This document shows positions 28,837 to 38,126 of a DNA stretch of 64,000 nt, piece by piece; positions within the stretch are counted from its first letter, which is position 1, and each line of letters opens with the position of its first letter. Origin of the DNA: Acidimicrobiia bacterium. Lineage in GTDB: Bacteria > Actinomycetota > Acidimicrobiia > Acidimicrobiales > VFJN01. The stretch lies in the NCBI GenBank assembly GCA_046537875.1, contig JBKHJZ010000002.1:50-64049 (forward strand), given 5' to 3'. Under the pieces are notes generated by a model. That model was not told the DNA's origin. It did not search any database and saw nothing but the letters and a program-made list of their open reading frames with translations. A program made the position numbers and the translations under genes.

Positions 28837-29406
28837 TCACGCCCGCACGCCGCCGGGTGCGGTGGCCCGGCTGCCCTCGACCAGGTACTGGACACCGGTC
28901 ACCAGCGTCAGGGCGGTGGCGACCCACAGCGCACCGGCGACCAGCCACTCCTGCTGCTCGGCCACCGGGGGCAGCAGGGCGAAGCCGACCGCGACCGACT
29001 GCACCACGGTCTTGAGCTTGGCCCAGCCGGTGGCGGGCACGGCCAGGCCGCGATGCCCCCAGTACGTCCGGAAGACCGAGATCGCCGCCTCCCGCACGCT
29101 GATCAGCGCGACCGGCAGCCACCAGAAGCCACCGGCCACGACCACCGCCCACATCGCGCCGATCACCAGCGCCTTGTCGGCCAGCGGGTCGAGGAACGCC
29201 CCCGACCGCGTGGTCCCCATCCGGCGGGCGATCCACCCGTCGAGCCCGTCGGTCACCGCCAGCGCGACCCAGAGACCGAGGGCCACGTACGACGGTCCGG
29301 AGATCGCGACGAGGATCCAGAGCGGCGGGGCACCCACCAGGCGGCCGATCGTCACCGCGTTGGCCGGCGTTGCCAGGGCCGACGGCCCGAACGACGCCTC
29401 CATCAC
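28837..29406 (-). CDS. pgsA: CDP-diacylglycerol--glycerol-3-phosphate 3-phosphatidyltransferase
   Basis: CDP-alcohol phosphotransferase motif DGLDGWIARRMGTTRSGAFLDPLADK, with multiple TM segments. The start overlaps the rimO stop. Confidence 0.85.
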   Translation of the reverse strand: MMEASFGPSALATPANAVTIGRLVGAPPLWILVAISGPSYVALGLWVALAVTDGLDGWIARRMGTTRSGAFLDPLADKALVIGAMWAVVVAGGFWWLPVALISVREAAISVFRTYWGHRGLAVPATGWAKLKTVVQSVAVGFALLPPVAEQQEWLVAGALWVATALTLVTGVQYLVEGSRATAPGGVRA

Positions 29407-30665
29407 GCCGGCACGGCGTCGACATCGGGCCCCACGGCACCGACCACGTGCACCTTCACCAGCTCCCCGACCGGAAGGTCGTCCGGCACCACCACGATGC
29501 CATCGATCTCGGGCGCCTCCCGGTGGCCACGGCCGCGCCCGGGGGCATCGACCAGCACCTCGACGCCCTCGCCGATCAGGGCGGCGCGGCGGCGCGCGGT
29601 GATGCCGTCCTGCAGCTCCCCCAGCTCGGCGAGGCGCTCGGCCACGAGCGACGGGTCGACCGCGTCCCCGAGTCCGGCCGCGTACGTGCCCTCCTCGGCG
29701 CTGTAGGCGAAGAACCCGGCCCAGTCGAGCTGCGCCAGCTCCAGGAAGCGCAGCAGCTCGTCGTGGTCGTCCTCGGTCTCGCCCGGGTACCCGACGATGA
29801 AGCTCGACCGGAACGCCGCCGCCGGCGAAAGGCCGCGGATGCGCTCGATGCGGTCGAGGAAGCGCCCGCCGTCACCCCAGCGGCGCATCCGGCGCAGCAG
29901 CCGCCGCGACACGTGCTGCAGCGAGAGGTCGAAGTAGGGGATGCCCGTGGCGCAGATCGCGTCGACCAGCTCGTCGGTGAGATCGGACGGGTACAGGTAG
30001 AGCAGCCGCACACGCTCGACCCGCTCGGCCACCGCCTTCACCAGATCCACGATCCGCCGCTCGCCGCGTCCCTGGTCGCGACCGTACGCCGCGAGGTCCT
30101 GGGCCACGAGCACCACCTCGCGAACGCCGCCGGTCGCGAGGGCGTCCACCTCGCCGAGCACTGCGGGGAGCGGGCGGCTGCGCTGCGGCCCCCGGAAGCT
30201 GGGGATCGCGCAGAACCCGCAGGCCCGGTCGCAGCCCTCCGCCACCTTCACGTACGCCCACGGCGCATCGACCGGCGGGCGCGGCAGCTCGAGCAGGTCG
30301 AGCGCAGGCACCGGCGGTCCCGCCTCGTCGCGCGCCCGGCCAAGGGTCACCGGCACGCCGAAGCCGGCGACCGCATCGGCCTCGGGCAGGGCGCCCGCCA
30401 GCTCGTCGCCATAGCGCTCCGCCAGGCAGCCCGTGACGACCAGCTCGGCCGCAGTCCGCTTCCGGTCGGCCAGATCGAGGATCACCTCGACCGACTCCTG
30501 CCGGGCCTGCTCGATGAAGGCGCAGGTGTTGACCACCACCAGGTCGGCCGCATCGGGCGCGTCCGCCGGCACGAGCCCGTCCGCGAGCATCGTTCCGGCC
30601 AGCTTGTCCGAGTCGACCCGGTTCTTCGGACAGCCCAACGTCTCGACCCAGAAGGTGCGGGACAT
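29403..30665 (-). CDS. rimO: ribosomal protein S12 methylthiotransferase (radical SAM)
   Basis: MSRTFWVETLGCPKNRVDSD, the radical-SAM motif CDRACGFCAIP, and a TRAM-like C-terminus. The ATG at 30663..30665 is in frame. The track start at 31280 over-extends. Confidence 0.9.
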   Translation of the reverse strand: MSRTFWVETLGCPKNRVDSDKLAGTMLADGLVPADAPDAADLVVVNTCAFIEQARQESVEVILDLADRKRTAAELVVTGCLAERYGDELAGALPEADAVAGFGVPVTLGRARDEAGPPVPALDLLELPRPPVDAPWAYVKVAEGCDRACGFCAIPSFRGPQRSRPLPAVLGEVDALATGGVREVVLVAQDLAAYGRDQGRGERRIVDLVKAVAERVERVRLLYLYPSDLTDELVDAICATGIPYFDLSLQHVSRRLLRRMRRWGDGGRFLDRIERIRGLSPAAAFRSSFIVGYPGETEDDHDELLRFLELAQLDWAGFFAYSAEEGTYAAGLGDAVDPSLVAERLAELGELQDGITARRRAALIGEGVEVLVDAPGRGRGHREAPEIDGIVVVPDDLPVGELVKVHVVGAVGPDVDAVPA

Positions 30666-30769
30666 GACCCGGCCAGGGTACTTGCCCCCGCCCGGCACCC
30701 TCCCATCCACCACGAGCGGGAAACACCCTCCCGGGCGAACCGCGCTCCCTACCCCGGCCGCGCATCCCG

Positions 30770-31357
30770 CTACGCCACGATCCAGGAGGTCTTGAACCCT
30801 GGGTCGCCCGCCACGTGGAAGCTGATCGGAACACGGGGGAGGTCGGCGAACCGGAAGACCCCGGTGTCGTCCGCCTGCGTCTCCTGCGAGCCGCCCGGCC
30901 ACAGCGCGTGAACGCCCACCGGTCGCACCGGGTCGACCTGGCCCAGCACCCGGACCTGGTCGCCGGTCACCGCCATCTCGATGTCGAGCGACTCGCCCCC
31001 GGCGTCGAATCTCACCTGGCGGAGGACGGTGCCGGCGCTCCGCAGGCCCGAGAAGCCCCGGTCTTCGTCGCCGGTCGCGTCGTACGCCGCCGTCGCCAGG
31101 TCGGCCTCGATGGCGAGCCACGCTCCGGCGGCGGCCGCGGCCGCCCGCGCCGCGGGCGGTGGCGCCATGTCGAGGGCCAGCGCCTGCCGCACGTGCGTGA
31201 GCATCCTCTCGATCGTGCCGTCGCGCCCCGCGGCGAGCGCAGCCGCCGCCGCCCGCGGATCGGCACCGAGCGACGACCACGCGTCGTGTCCCCCGGCGGG
31301 GCCGGCGTCGCCGTCGAGCCGGTCCCGGGACCGCCCCGGCCGGTCGTCAGCGGCCAT
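30770..31357 (-). CDS. hypothetical protein, candidate sigma-factor partner (no TM segment seen)
   Basis: The ATG at 31355..31357 overlaps the upstream sigma-factor gene by 11 nt. The C-terminal half looks beta-rich (VTGDQVRVLGQV...GVFRFADLPRVPISFHVAG). I recognise no motif. Confidence 0.45.
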   Translation of the reverse strand: MAADDRPGRSRDRLDGDAGPAGGHDAWSSLGADPRAAAAALAAGRDGTIERMLTHVRQALALDMAPPPAARAAAAAAGAWLAIEADLATAAYDATGDEDRGFSGLRSAGTVLRQVRFDAGGESLDIEMAVTGDQVRVLGQVDPVRPVGVHALWPGGSQETQADDTGVFRFADLPRVPISFHVAGDPGFKTSWIVA

Positions 31358-31997
31358 GGCCGCCGAGGGTCGCCCCGATCCCGCCGTGCGCGACCCCGTT
31401 GCGCCCGGCCCCGTCGCCGGCGGCGCTCCCGGGCGCCCGGACCTCGACGTGCCACACGGTTCCCGGTGTCGTCCGCGCCCGGAGCCGCGCCGCGCCCCGT
31501 TGCTCGGCGGCGAGAACCTCGGCGGGCGACAGCGCCAGCGCGGCACCGACCTCCACCTCGGTCGGTCGGGGCACGATGGCTCGCAGGCGCAGGACGTCGC
31601 GCTCGACCGGGTCGAGGCCGTCGAGTGCGACCTCCAGCCCAGGCTGGCGGTCGCCGGTGTCCGGTTCCTCCACCGGCTCCCGCCCGTGGCCGTCCTCTCG
31701 GCGAGCCAGCGCGTGCAGGCACTGCAGGCGGGTGGTGGCCGCCAGCCACGCCCCGACCGCCTCGGGGTGGTGGAGGCGCGGCAGCCGCTCGGCCAGCCGC
31801 AGCCACACCATCGTGTGGACCGCCTCCGCCTCGCCGGGAGTCAGCCCGTGGACCTGGCAGATCCCCTCCACGAGGACCGCATGGCGCTCGACCAACGCAT
31901 GCCACGCGTCGCCACCCTCGATGGCCGCGCTCGCATCGGCTCCTCCCCCGGTGATGCCCCGAACGGCCACGCCGATGATCCTACGCTGAGCGGCCAC
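31347..31997 (-). CDS. ECF-type sigma-70 family RNA polymerase sigma factor
   Basis: Region-2-like sequence (WHALVERHAVLVEGICQVHGLTPGEAEAVHTMVWLRL). Region-4 HTH-like sequence (LDPVERDVLRLRAI...EVGAALALSPAEVLAAEQRGAARLR). The start is uncertain, with in-frame GTGs at 32030, 31997, 31970 and 31964. Confidence 0.6.
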   Translation of the reverse strand: MAAQRRIIGVAVRGITGGGADASAAIEGGDAWHALVERHAVLVEGICQVHGLTPGEAEAVHTMVWLRLAERLPRLHHPEAVGAWLAATTRLQCLHALARREDGHGREPVEEPDTGDRQPGLEVALDGLDPVERDVLRLRAIVPRPTEVEVGAALALSPAEVLAAEQRGAARLRARTTPGTVWHVEVRAPGSAAGDGAGRNGVAHGGIGATLGGHGR

Positions 31998-32061
31998 GCC
32001 CGTACCCAACGTTGGCGGGTCGGCGGAGACACCAGCTGGACTCCCCGAGCAGCGCCGCCCG

Positions 32062-34470
32062 TCAGCGGCGCTGCTCGGAGATCTCGTCGAGCTCCTCGAC
32101 CGACATGAGCACGGCGCGTGCCTTCGATCCCTCGGACGGCCCCACGACACCGCGCTGCTCCAGCAGGTCCATCAGCCTGCCCGCCCGGGCGAAGCCCACC
32201 CGCAGCTTGCGTTGCAGCATCGAGGTCGACCCGAGCTGGCTGCGCACGACCAGCTCCATCGCCTGCCAGAGCAGGTCGTCGTCCTCGTCACCCGCTCCCC
32301 CGGAGGAGCCGGCGGCCTCGTCGTCGCTGCCGAGCACCGACTCGTCGAACACCACGTCCGGCGCCTGACGCTTCCAGACCGAGGTCACCTTCCGGACCTC
32401 GTCCTCGGTGACCCACGCCCCCTGGATGCGGCGGGGCACCGACGACCCTCCCTCGAGCAGCAGCATGTCCCCCTTGCCGATGAGGCGCTCGGCCCCGGCC
32501 TGGTCGAGGATCACCCGGCTGTCGGTGACCGACGAGACCGCGAAGGCGATGCGCGCCGGCACGTTGGCCTTGATGAGCCCCGTGATCACGTTGACCGACG
32601 GGCGCTGCGTGGCGATCACCAGGTGGATGCCCACCGCCCGGGCCATCTGCGCGAGCCGCGCGATGGACTCCTCGACGTCGCGGGCCGCCACCATCATCAG
32701 GTCGGACAGCTCGTCGATCACCACCAGGACGAACGGCAGGCGGGGGAACTCGCGCACGACGTCGCCGGCGGCATCGGTGTCGGCGGCGAGGTCGCCCCGG
32801 TCGACCGCGGCGTTGTAGCCGGTGATGTCGCGGAACCCCACCTCGGCGAGCAGGTCGTAGCGCCGCTCCATCTCCTTGACCGCCCAGGCCAGCGCGTTGG
32901 CCGCCTTCCTGGGGTTGGTCACCACCTGGGTGAGCAGGTGCGGGAGCCGGTCGTACTGGCCCATCTCGACCCGCTTCGGGTCGATGAGGATCATCCGCAC
33001 CTGGTCGGGAGTCGACCGCATGAGGATCGAGGTGAGCAGCGTGTGCAGCGAGCTGGACTTGCCCGCCCCGGTCGCACCGGCGATCAGCACGTGCGGCATC
33101 GCCGCCAGGTGCATCATCACCGTCCGCCCGTTGATGTCGCGACCGATCGCCACCTCGAGGGGGTGGGTCGCCTTGCGGGCCTCCTCGGTGACCAGCAGGT
33201 CGCCCAGGGCCACGATCTGCCGGCGGACGTTGGGCACCTCGACGCCGAGCGCCTGCTTGCCGGGGATCGGCGCCAGGATGCGCACGTCGGGCGTGGCCAT
33301 CGCGTAGGCGATGTCCTTGTGCAGGCTCGTGACCCGGTTGACCTTCACCCCCGGGCCGAGCTCGAGCTCGAAGCGGCTGACCGTGGGCCCGACCACCATG
33401 CCGACGAGGCGCGTCTCCACCCCGTGATCGGCCAGCGCCTTCTCGAGCGTGCGCCCGGTCTCCTCCACCGCGGCGCGATCGAGCTGCTGGGCGCCGGCCC
33501 GGTCGAGGAGCGTGACCGGCGGCAGCTTCCACGAGGAGCCCTTCGCCGTCGGGCCGAGCTCGATCGCGAGCTGCTCGGGCGGCTCCGCATCGGGCTCCGC
33601 ACCGGCCCCCGGGACGACGATCTCGGGCGCCGGGCGTCGCTCCCGGAGCGTCCGATCGTCCTCGACCAGCGTGTCGTCGGTGTCGCTCACGGTCGCCGGC
33701 GCCGCCACCGTGGCGGGAACCGGCTCATCGTCGTCGTACGGCAGCCGGAACAGGGCCGAGAGGCGTTGGTTGACCACCTCGGCCAGCGGCCGCACCCCGG
33801 CGACCGTGGACTCCGTGGCGACGCGGATGGGGGTGCGGGTCAGCACGACCAGCCCGGCCACCGCGATCAGGCCCAGCACCGCAACCGCCCCCCAGGTGCC
33901 CAGGAAGTCGATCATCGGACGCCCGACCACCGCACCGAGGTAGCCCCCGCCCTCGCGCAGCTCGCCCTCGGCGCCCGAGAGCGGCGGGTTGTCGGCCCCG
34001 ACGTGCAGCAGGCCCGCCGCGGCCGCGACCGCGAGCGTGGTCCCCACCGCGATGTGCGCCCCGGTGGCAGTGCCGTCGCGCGCGCCGGCGGCCTGCCGTG
34101 GCTCGCGCCGCCAGATCAACGTGCCACCGAACACGAGGAGCCCGACGGGCAGCGCCAGCCGGAGCCAGCCGAGCCCCAGCTCGCTCACGTCGGCGAGCCG
34201 CCGCCCCGCGGGACCGCCGGCCCCGCCGTAGATCCCGAGGCCGACGATCACGCCGACGGCCACGAGCAGCAGGCCGGCGACGTCGCCCGCGTTGTCGGCC
34301 AGGACGCGGCCGACGCCCCGGACCGCACGTGACGCCAGCGACGGCCGATTCGCGCGCCGCCGACCCGCGGACCGCCGGGACCGGGACGATCGCGACGTGG
34401 ACGATCGCCTGGTCGCGGACCGGCCCGCGCCTGCTCGGGAGGGGGAGACTGAACGTTGGCGAGCCGTCAC
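32062..34470 (-). CDS. ftsK: DNA translocase FtsK/SpoIIIE
   Basis: N-terminal TM segments, Walker A IAGATGAGKSS, and a C-terminal gamma wHTH domain (LLWQAMELVVRSQLGSTSMLQRKLRVGFARAGRLMDLLE). GTG start. Confidence 0.95.
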   Translation of the reverse strand: MTARQRSVSPSRAGAGRSATRRSSTSRSSRSRRSAGRRRANRPSLASRAVRGVGRVLADNAGDVAGLLLVAVGVIVGLGIYGGAGGPAGRRLADVSELGLGWLRLALPVGLLVFGGTLIWRREPRQAAGARDGTATGAHIAVGTTLAVAAAAGLLHVGADNPPLSGAEGELREGGGYLGAVVGRPMIDFLGTWGAVAVLGLIAVAGLVVLTRTPIRVATESTVAGVRPLAEVVNQRLSALFRLPYDDDEPVPATVAAPATVSDTDDTLVEDDRTLRERRPAPEIVVPGAGAEPDAEPPEQLAIELGPTAKGSSWKLPPVTLLDRAGAQQLDRAAVEETGRTLEKALADHGVETRLVGMVVGPTVSRFELELGPGVKVNRVTSLHKDIAYAMATPDVRILAPIPGKQALGVEVPNVRRQIVALGDLLVTEEARKATHPLEVAIGRDINGRTVMMHLAAMPHVLIAGATGAGKSSSLHTLLTSILMRSTPDQVRMILIDPKRVEMGQYDRLPHLLTQVVTNPRKAANALAWAVKEMERRYDLLAEVGFRDITGYNAAVDRGDLAADTDAAGDVVREFPRLPFVLVVIDELSDLMMVAARDVEESIARLAQMARAVGIHLVIATQRPSVNVITGLIKANVPARIAFAVSSVTDSRVILDQAGAERLIGKGDMLLLEGGSSVPRRIQGAWVTEDEVRKVTSVWKRQAPDVVFDESVLGSDDEAAGSSGGAGDEDDDLLWQAMELVVRSQLGSTSMLQRKLRVGFARAGRLMDLLEQRGVVGPSEGSKARAVLMSVEELDEISEQRR

Positions 34471-34528
34471 AGTGATGCGACGGTACCAGCAGCCGGGTCG
34501 GCCCTCGGGTACACCGGCGCCCGTCGTC

Positions 34529-35332
34529 TCAGCGCGCCTGGCAGCGGGCGCACCACGTGGTCGTGCGCCCGTCGAGCACGGTCGACCGCAGCGGCGTGCC
34601 GCACCGCCGGCAGGGCAGCCCGGCGCGCCCGTAGGCGTCGAGGCGGGACTGGTTGCGGCCCGGACGGCCGTCCACCGCCCGGTAGTCGCGCACCGTCGTC
34701 CCCCCGTTGCGGATCCCCTCGTCGAGCACCCCCCGCACGGCCGCGAGCAGGTCGGCCGCCTGCCGCCGGGTCACGGTCCGGTGCGCAGGGTGCACCCCGG
34801 CACGCCAGAGCGCCTCGTCGGCGTAGATGTTCCCCACGCCCGCAACCGGCCGCTGGGACAGGAGCTGGGTCTTCACGGCCCGGCGGCTGCGGCGCAGGGC
34901 ACGCCACAGGTCGTCGGCGGTCAGCGCGGGGTCGAGGGCGTCGGGGCCCTGCGCGGCCAGCGTGCCCCGGTAGCGGCCCCGCTCGGTGACCGCCAGCCGG
35001 CCGAACCGACGGATGTCGCGGTACTCGAGCGCATCGCCGTCCACCTGGTCGAGCGCCCACCAGGCCCGGACGTGGCCGTCCCCCTCGTCGCCCGGCGGGC
35101 GCACCCGGAGCGACCCGGTCATGCCCAGGTGGATCACCAGGTCCCGCCCGTCGTCGAGCGAGAGGATCAGGTACTTGCCGCGGCGGCCGAGCCCCTCGAC
35201 GGCCGCGCCGGCGGCGTCGAGCGCCGGGAGGAACTTCGCGTGGGGGAAGGCCCAGGCGCCGTGCAGCGACCGCCCGACGACCAGCGGCTCGAGCTGCCGC
35301 CGGATGGTCTCGACCTCGGGGAGCTCCGGCAC
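34529..35332 (-). CDS. mutM: formamidopyrimidine-DNA glycosylase (Fpg/Nei superfamily, Fpg-type N-terminus)
   Basis: (M)PELPEVETIRRQL N-terminus, H2TH region, and C-terminal zinc finger CRRCGTPL...WCARCQ. Confidence 0.8.
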   Translation of the reverse strand: MPELPEVETIRRQLEPLVVGRSLHGAWAFPHAKFLPALDAAGAAVEGLGRRGKYLILSLDDGRDLVIHLGMTGSLRVRPPGDEGDGHVRAWWALDQVDGDALEYRDIRRFGRLAVTERGRYRGTLAAQGPDALDPALTADDLWRALRRSRRAVKTQLLSQRPVAGVGNIYADEALWRAGVHPAHRTVTRRQAADLLAAVRGVLDEGIRNGGTTVRDYRAVDGRPGRNQSRLDAYGRAGLPCRRCGTPLRSTVLDGRTTTWCARCQAR

Positions 35333-35362
35333 GGCGGCCTCACTCCCCGCCCGGGGGCACGG

Positions 35363-37027
35363 TCAGGCCTCCATCACGACCGGCACGATCATCGGCCGCC
35401 GGCGGGTCGCCTGCGACACGTAGCGGCCGGCCGCACGGCGGACGGTCCGCTGCAGCGACTCGATGTCGACGTTCCCCTCCGCTGCGGCCTCCTTGACCGC
35501 TTGGCGGACCACGTCCGCGCACTCGGTCAGCAGCGGCTCGGCCTCGGGCGCGTACACCCACCCCCTGGTGATCACCTCCGGCCCGGTGAGGATCGCGCCC
35601 GACTCGACGTCGACGGCCACCACGACCACGACCACGCCCTCCTCGGCGAGGACCCGCCGATCCCGCAGCACGCCGTGGCCCACGTCGCCGATGATGCCGT
35701 CGACGTAGAGGTAGCCCGCGGGGACGGTGGCGTCGCGACGCAGGCCGGTCTCGTCGAGCACGATCTGGTCGCCGTCGCCGCACACGAGGACGTGGCCGTC
35801 GTCGACGACGCCCATGCTCCGGGCCAGCTTGGCGTGGGCGACGAGGTGGCGGTGCTCGCCGTGCACCGGCACGAACCACTCGGGCCTCACGATCGACAGC
35901 AGGGTCTTGAGCTCCTCCTGCTTGCCGTGGCCCGAGGCGTGCACGTCCTCGATGCCCGAGTGGACGACCTCGGCGCCCAACCGCACGAGGCCGTCGATCA
36001 CCTTCGACACGTTCATCTCGTTGCCGGGGATCGGGTGCGAGGAGAGGATCACCGTGTCGTCGCTGTCGAGCTCGAGCCACCGGTTGTCGCGCGTCGACAG
36101 GAGGGTGAGTGCCGACATCGGCTCGCCCTGGCTGCCCGTCGAGATGATGCACACCTGCCCGGGAGGCAGGCCGCCGATGTCGTCGATGTCGACGAGCGCG
36201 TGGTCGGGGATCCGCAGAAGGCCCATCTCCCGCGCCAGGCGGACGTTCTTCTTCATCGACATGCCGAGCGTGGCCACCGTGCGCCCGAACGCCACCGCGG
36301 CGTCGGCGATCTGCTGCACCCGGTGGATGTGGCTGGCGAAGCACGCGATGACGATCCGCCGCCCCTCGTGCTGGTGGAACAGGTTGTAGAGGACCCGACC
36401 CACCGAGGCCTCGCTGCGCGAGTGGCCGGGCTCGTCGGCGTTGGTGGAGTCGGACAGCAGCAGGCGGACACCGCCGCCCGAGGCGAGGGCCCCAATGCGG
36501 CCCAGGTCGGTGAGGCGGCCGTCGACCGGCGTGAGATCGAGCTTGAAGTCGCCCGAGTGCAGGATCGTGCCCTGCGGCGTGTGGAAGGCGGTGGCGAACC
36601 CGTGGGGCACCGAATGGGTGACCGGGATGAACTCGACGTCGCACGGCCCGATGCGCCGCCGCTCGCCGTCGGCCACCGGGATCAGCTGCGTCCGGTCGAG
36701 CAGCCCCGCCTCCTCGATGCGGTTGCGGGCCAGCCCCAGCGACAGGGCGGACCCGTAGATCGGGAACGACAGCTCGCGCAGGAGGAAGGCGAGACCCCCG
36801 GTGTGGTCCTCGTGGCCGTGCGTGATGATGGCCCCGTCCACGCGACCGGCGTTCTCGCGCAGGTAGGTGAAGTCCGGCAGCACGAGGTCGATGCCCAGCA
36901 TGTCGAGGTCGGGGAACATGAGGCCGACGTCGAGCAGCAGGATGCGACCGTCGACCTCGACGCAGGCGCAGTTGCGCCCGATCTCGCCGAGGCCGCCGAG
37001 GAACGTGATGCGTACCGGCTCGGGCAT
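35363..37027 (-). CDS. rnj: ribonuclease J (metallo-beta-lactamase/beta-CASP)
   Basis: ITFLGGLGEIGRNCACVEV and the HxHxDH motif ITHGHEDHTGG. 554 aa. It has an ATG start but no obvious Shine-Dalgarno sequence. Confidence 0.95.
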   Translation of the reverse strand: MPEPVRITFLGGLGEIGRNCACVEVDGRILLLDVGLMFPDLDMLGIDLVLPDFTYLRENAGRVDGAIITHGHEDHTGGLAFLLRELSFPIYGSALSLGLARNRIEEAGLLDRTQLIPVADGERRRIGPCDVEFIPVTHSVPHGFATAFHTPQGTILHSGDFKLDLTPVDGRLTDLGRIGALASGGGVRLLLSDSTNADEPGHSRSEASVGRVLYNLFHQHEGRRIVIACFASHIHRVQQIADAAVAFGRTVATLGMSMKKNVRLAREMGLLRIPDHALVDIDDIGGLPPGQVCIISTGSQGEPMSALTLLSTRDNRWLELDSDDTVILSSHPIPGNEMNVSKVIDGLVRLGAEVVHSGIEDVHASGHGKQEELKTLLSIVRPEWFVPVHGEHRHLVAHAKLARSMGVVDDGHVLVCGDGDQIVLDETGLRRDATVPAGYLYVDGIIGDVGHGVLRDRRVLAEEGVVVVVVAVDVESGAILTGPEVITRGWVYAPEAEPLLTECADVVRQAVKEAAAEGNVDIESLQRTVRRAAGRYVSQATRRRPMIVPVVMEA

Positions 37028-37168
37028 GGCGGAGGGGAACCTATCGGCTGCCGGCGCCGCTGCGGTATCCGGTGAGTGCCCGCACGCTCAGGACCCGCGG
37101 GAGCCTCGCGCACCGCCGGGGCAACGCCGCACCCCCCGTGCGGTCCGGGGCACGAGGTGGAGCCCCTG

Positions 37169-38062
37169 TCAGGCGGCGACGCCCAGGTCGTCGAGGACCC
37201 GCCGCACAGCCGTGCGGACCGCGTCGTCGAGCGGGGGGAGCGGCAGCCGGCACGGCCCGGCCGGCAGCCCGAGCAGGCTCATCGCCGCCTTGGCGGCGCT
37301 GGTCTGCACCCAGGTGGCACCCGCCTCGATGCCGTACGACGCACCGAGGCGGGCGTTGACCTCGCGTGCGGTGCGGACATCTCCCTTGTCGAACGCGGCG
37401 ATCATCTCGGCGAACTGGAGGCCCGCCCAGTGCGTCGCCACACCGACCACCCCGACCGCCCCGGCCGCCAGGAGGGACAACGTGAGGCTGTCGTCGCCCG
37501 AGTAGACGTCGAAGTCGTCGGGCGTCGCGGCGACGATGTGCGCCGCGTCGGCCGGCCGGCCGCGTGCGTCCTTGAGCCCGACGATCGTGTCGACCTCGTG
37601 GGCGAGCCGGACGATCACGTCCACCTCGATCGCACGCCCGGTCCGGGACGGCACGTCGTACACGACCACGGGCAGGTCGGTCGCCGCAGCCGCAGCCCGA
37701 AGGTGCGCTTCGATGCCGTTCTGCGGTGGCCGGTTGTAGTAGGGGCTCACCAGGAGCAGCCCGTCGACCCCGGTGGACGCGGCGCGACGGGCCAGCTCGA
37801 TGGTGTGGCGGGTGTCGTTCGACCCGGCCCCGGCGAGCAGCGGCACGTCGACCGCGCCGCGGACCGCCCGCCACAGCTCCACCTTTTCGTCGTCGGTCAG
37901 CGTCGGGGCCTCGCCGGTGGTGCCGGCGAGCACGAGGCCGTCGCTGCCGTGATCGGTCAGCCACCGGGCCAGAGCCGCGGCTCCCTCGAGGTCGAGCGCC
38001 CCGTCGTCGTGGAACGGGGTGACCATGGCCGTCAGGACCTTGCCGAAGCGAGCGATGCCCAT
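37169..38062 (-). CDS. dapA: 4-hydroxy-tetrahydrodipicolinate synthase
   Basis: GKVLTAMVTPF, GTTGEAPTL, YYNRP, VVYDVPSRTGRAI (Arg-containing PSRTG motif) and the Schiff-base lysine context VGLKDA. The ATG at 38062 is preceded by AGGAGG. Confidence 0.9.
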   Translation of the reverse strand: MGIARFGKVLTAMVTPFHDDGALDLEGAAALARWLTDHGSDGLVLAGTTGEAPTLTDDEKVELWRAVRGAVDVPLLAGAGSNDTRHTIELARRAASTGVDGLLLVSPYYNRPPQNGIEAHLRAAAAATDLPVVVYDVPSRTGRAIEVDVIVRLAHEVDTIVGLKDARGRPADAAHIVAATPDDFDVYSGDDSLTLSLLAAGAVGVVGVATHWAGLQFAEMIAAFDKGDVRTAREVNARLGASYGIEAGATWVQTSAAKAAMSLLGLPAGPCRLPLPPLDDAVRTAVRRVLDDLGVAA

Positions 38063-38126
38063 CACGCGCCTCCTGGCGATGCGGGGCCGGCGGGGCCGAC
38101 CGGTCGGGGAACGGTGCGGCGGCGCA

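Noticed and set aside
29403-31280. 625-aa version of RimO. Similar over-extended starts affect miaA (18077), the acyl-CoA ligase (44145), dapA (38392), dapB (54031) and ribF (62612).
   Set aside because: The extensions are low-complexity and overlap neighbouring genes or intergenic regions. Internal in-frame starts coincide with the conserved N-termini, mostly with Shine-Dalgarno motifs.
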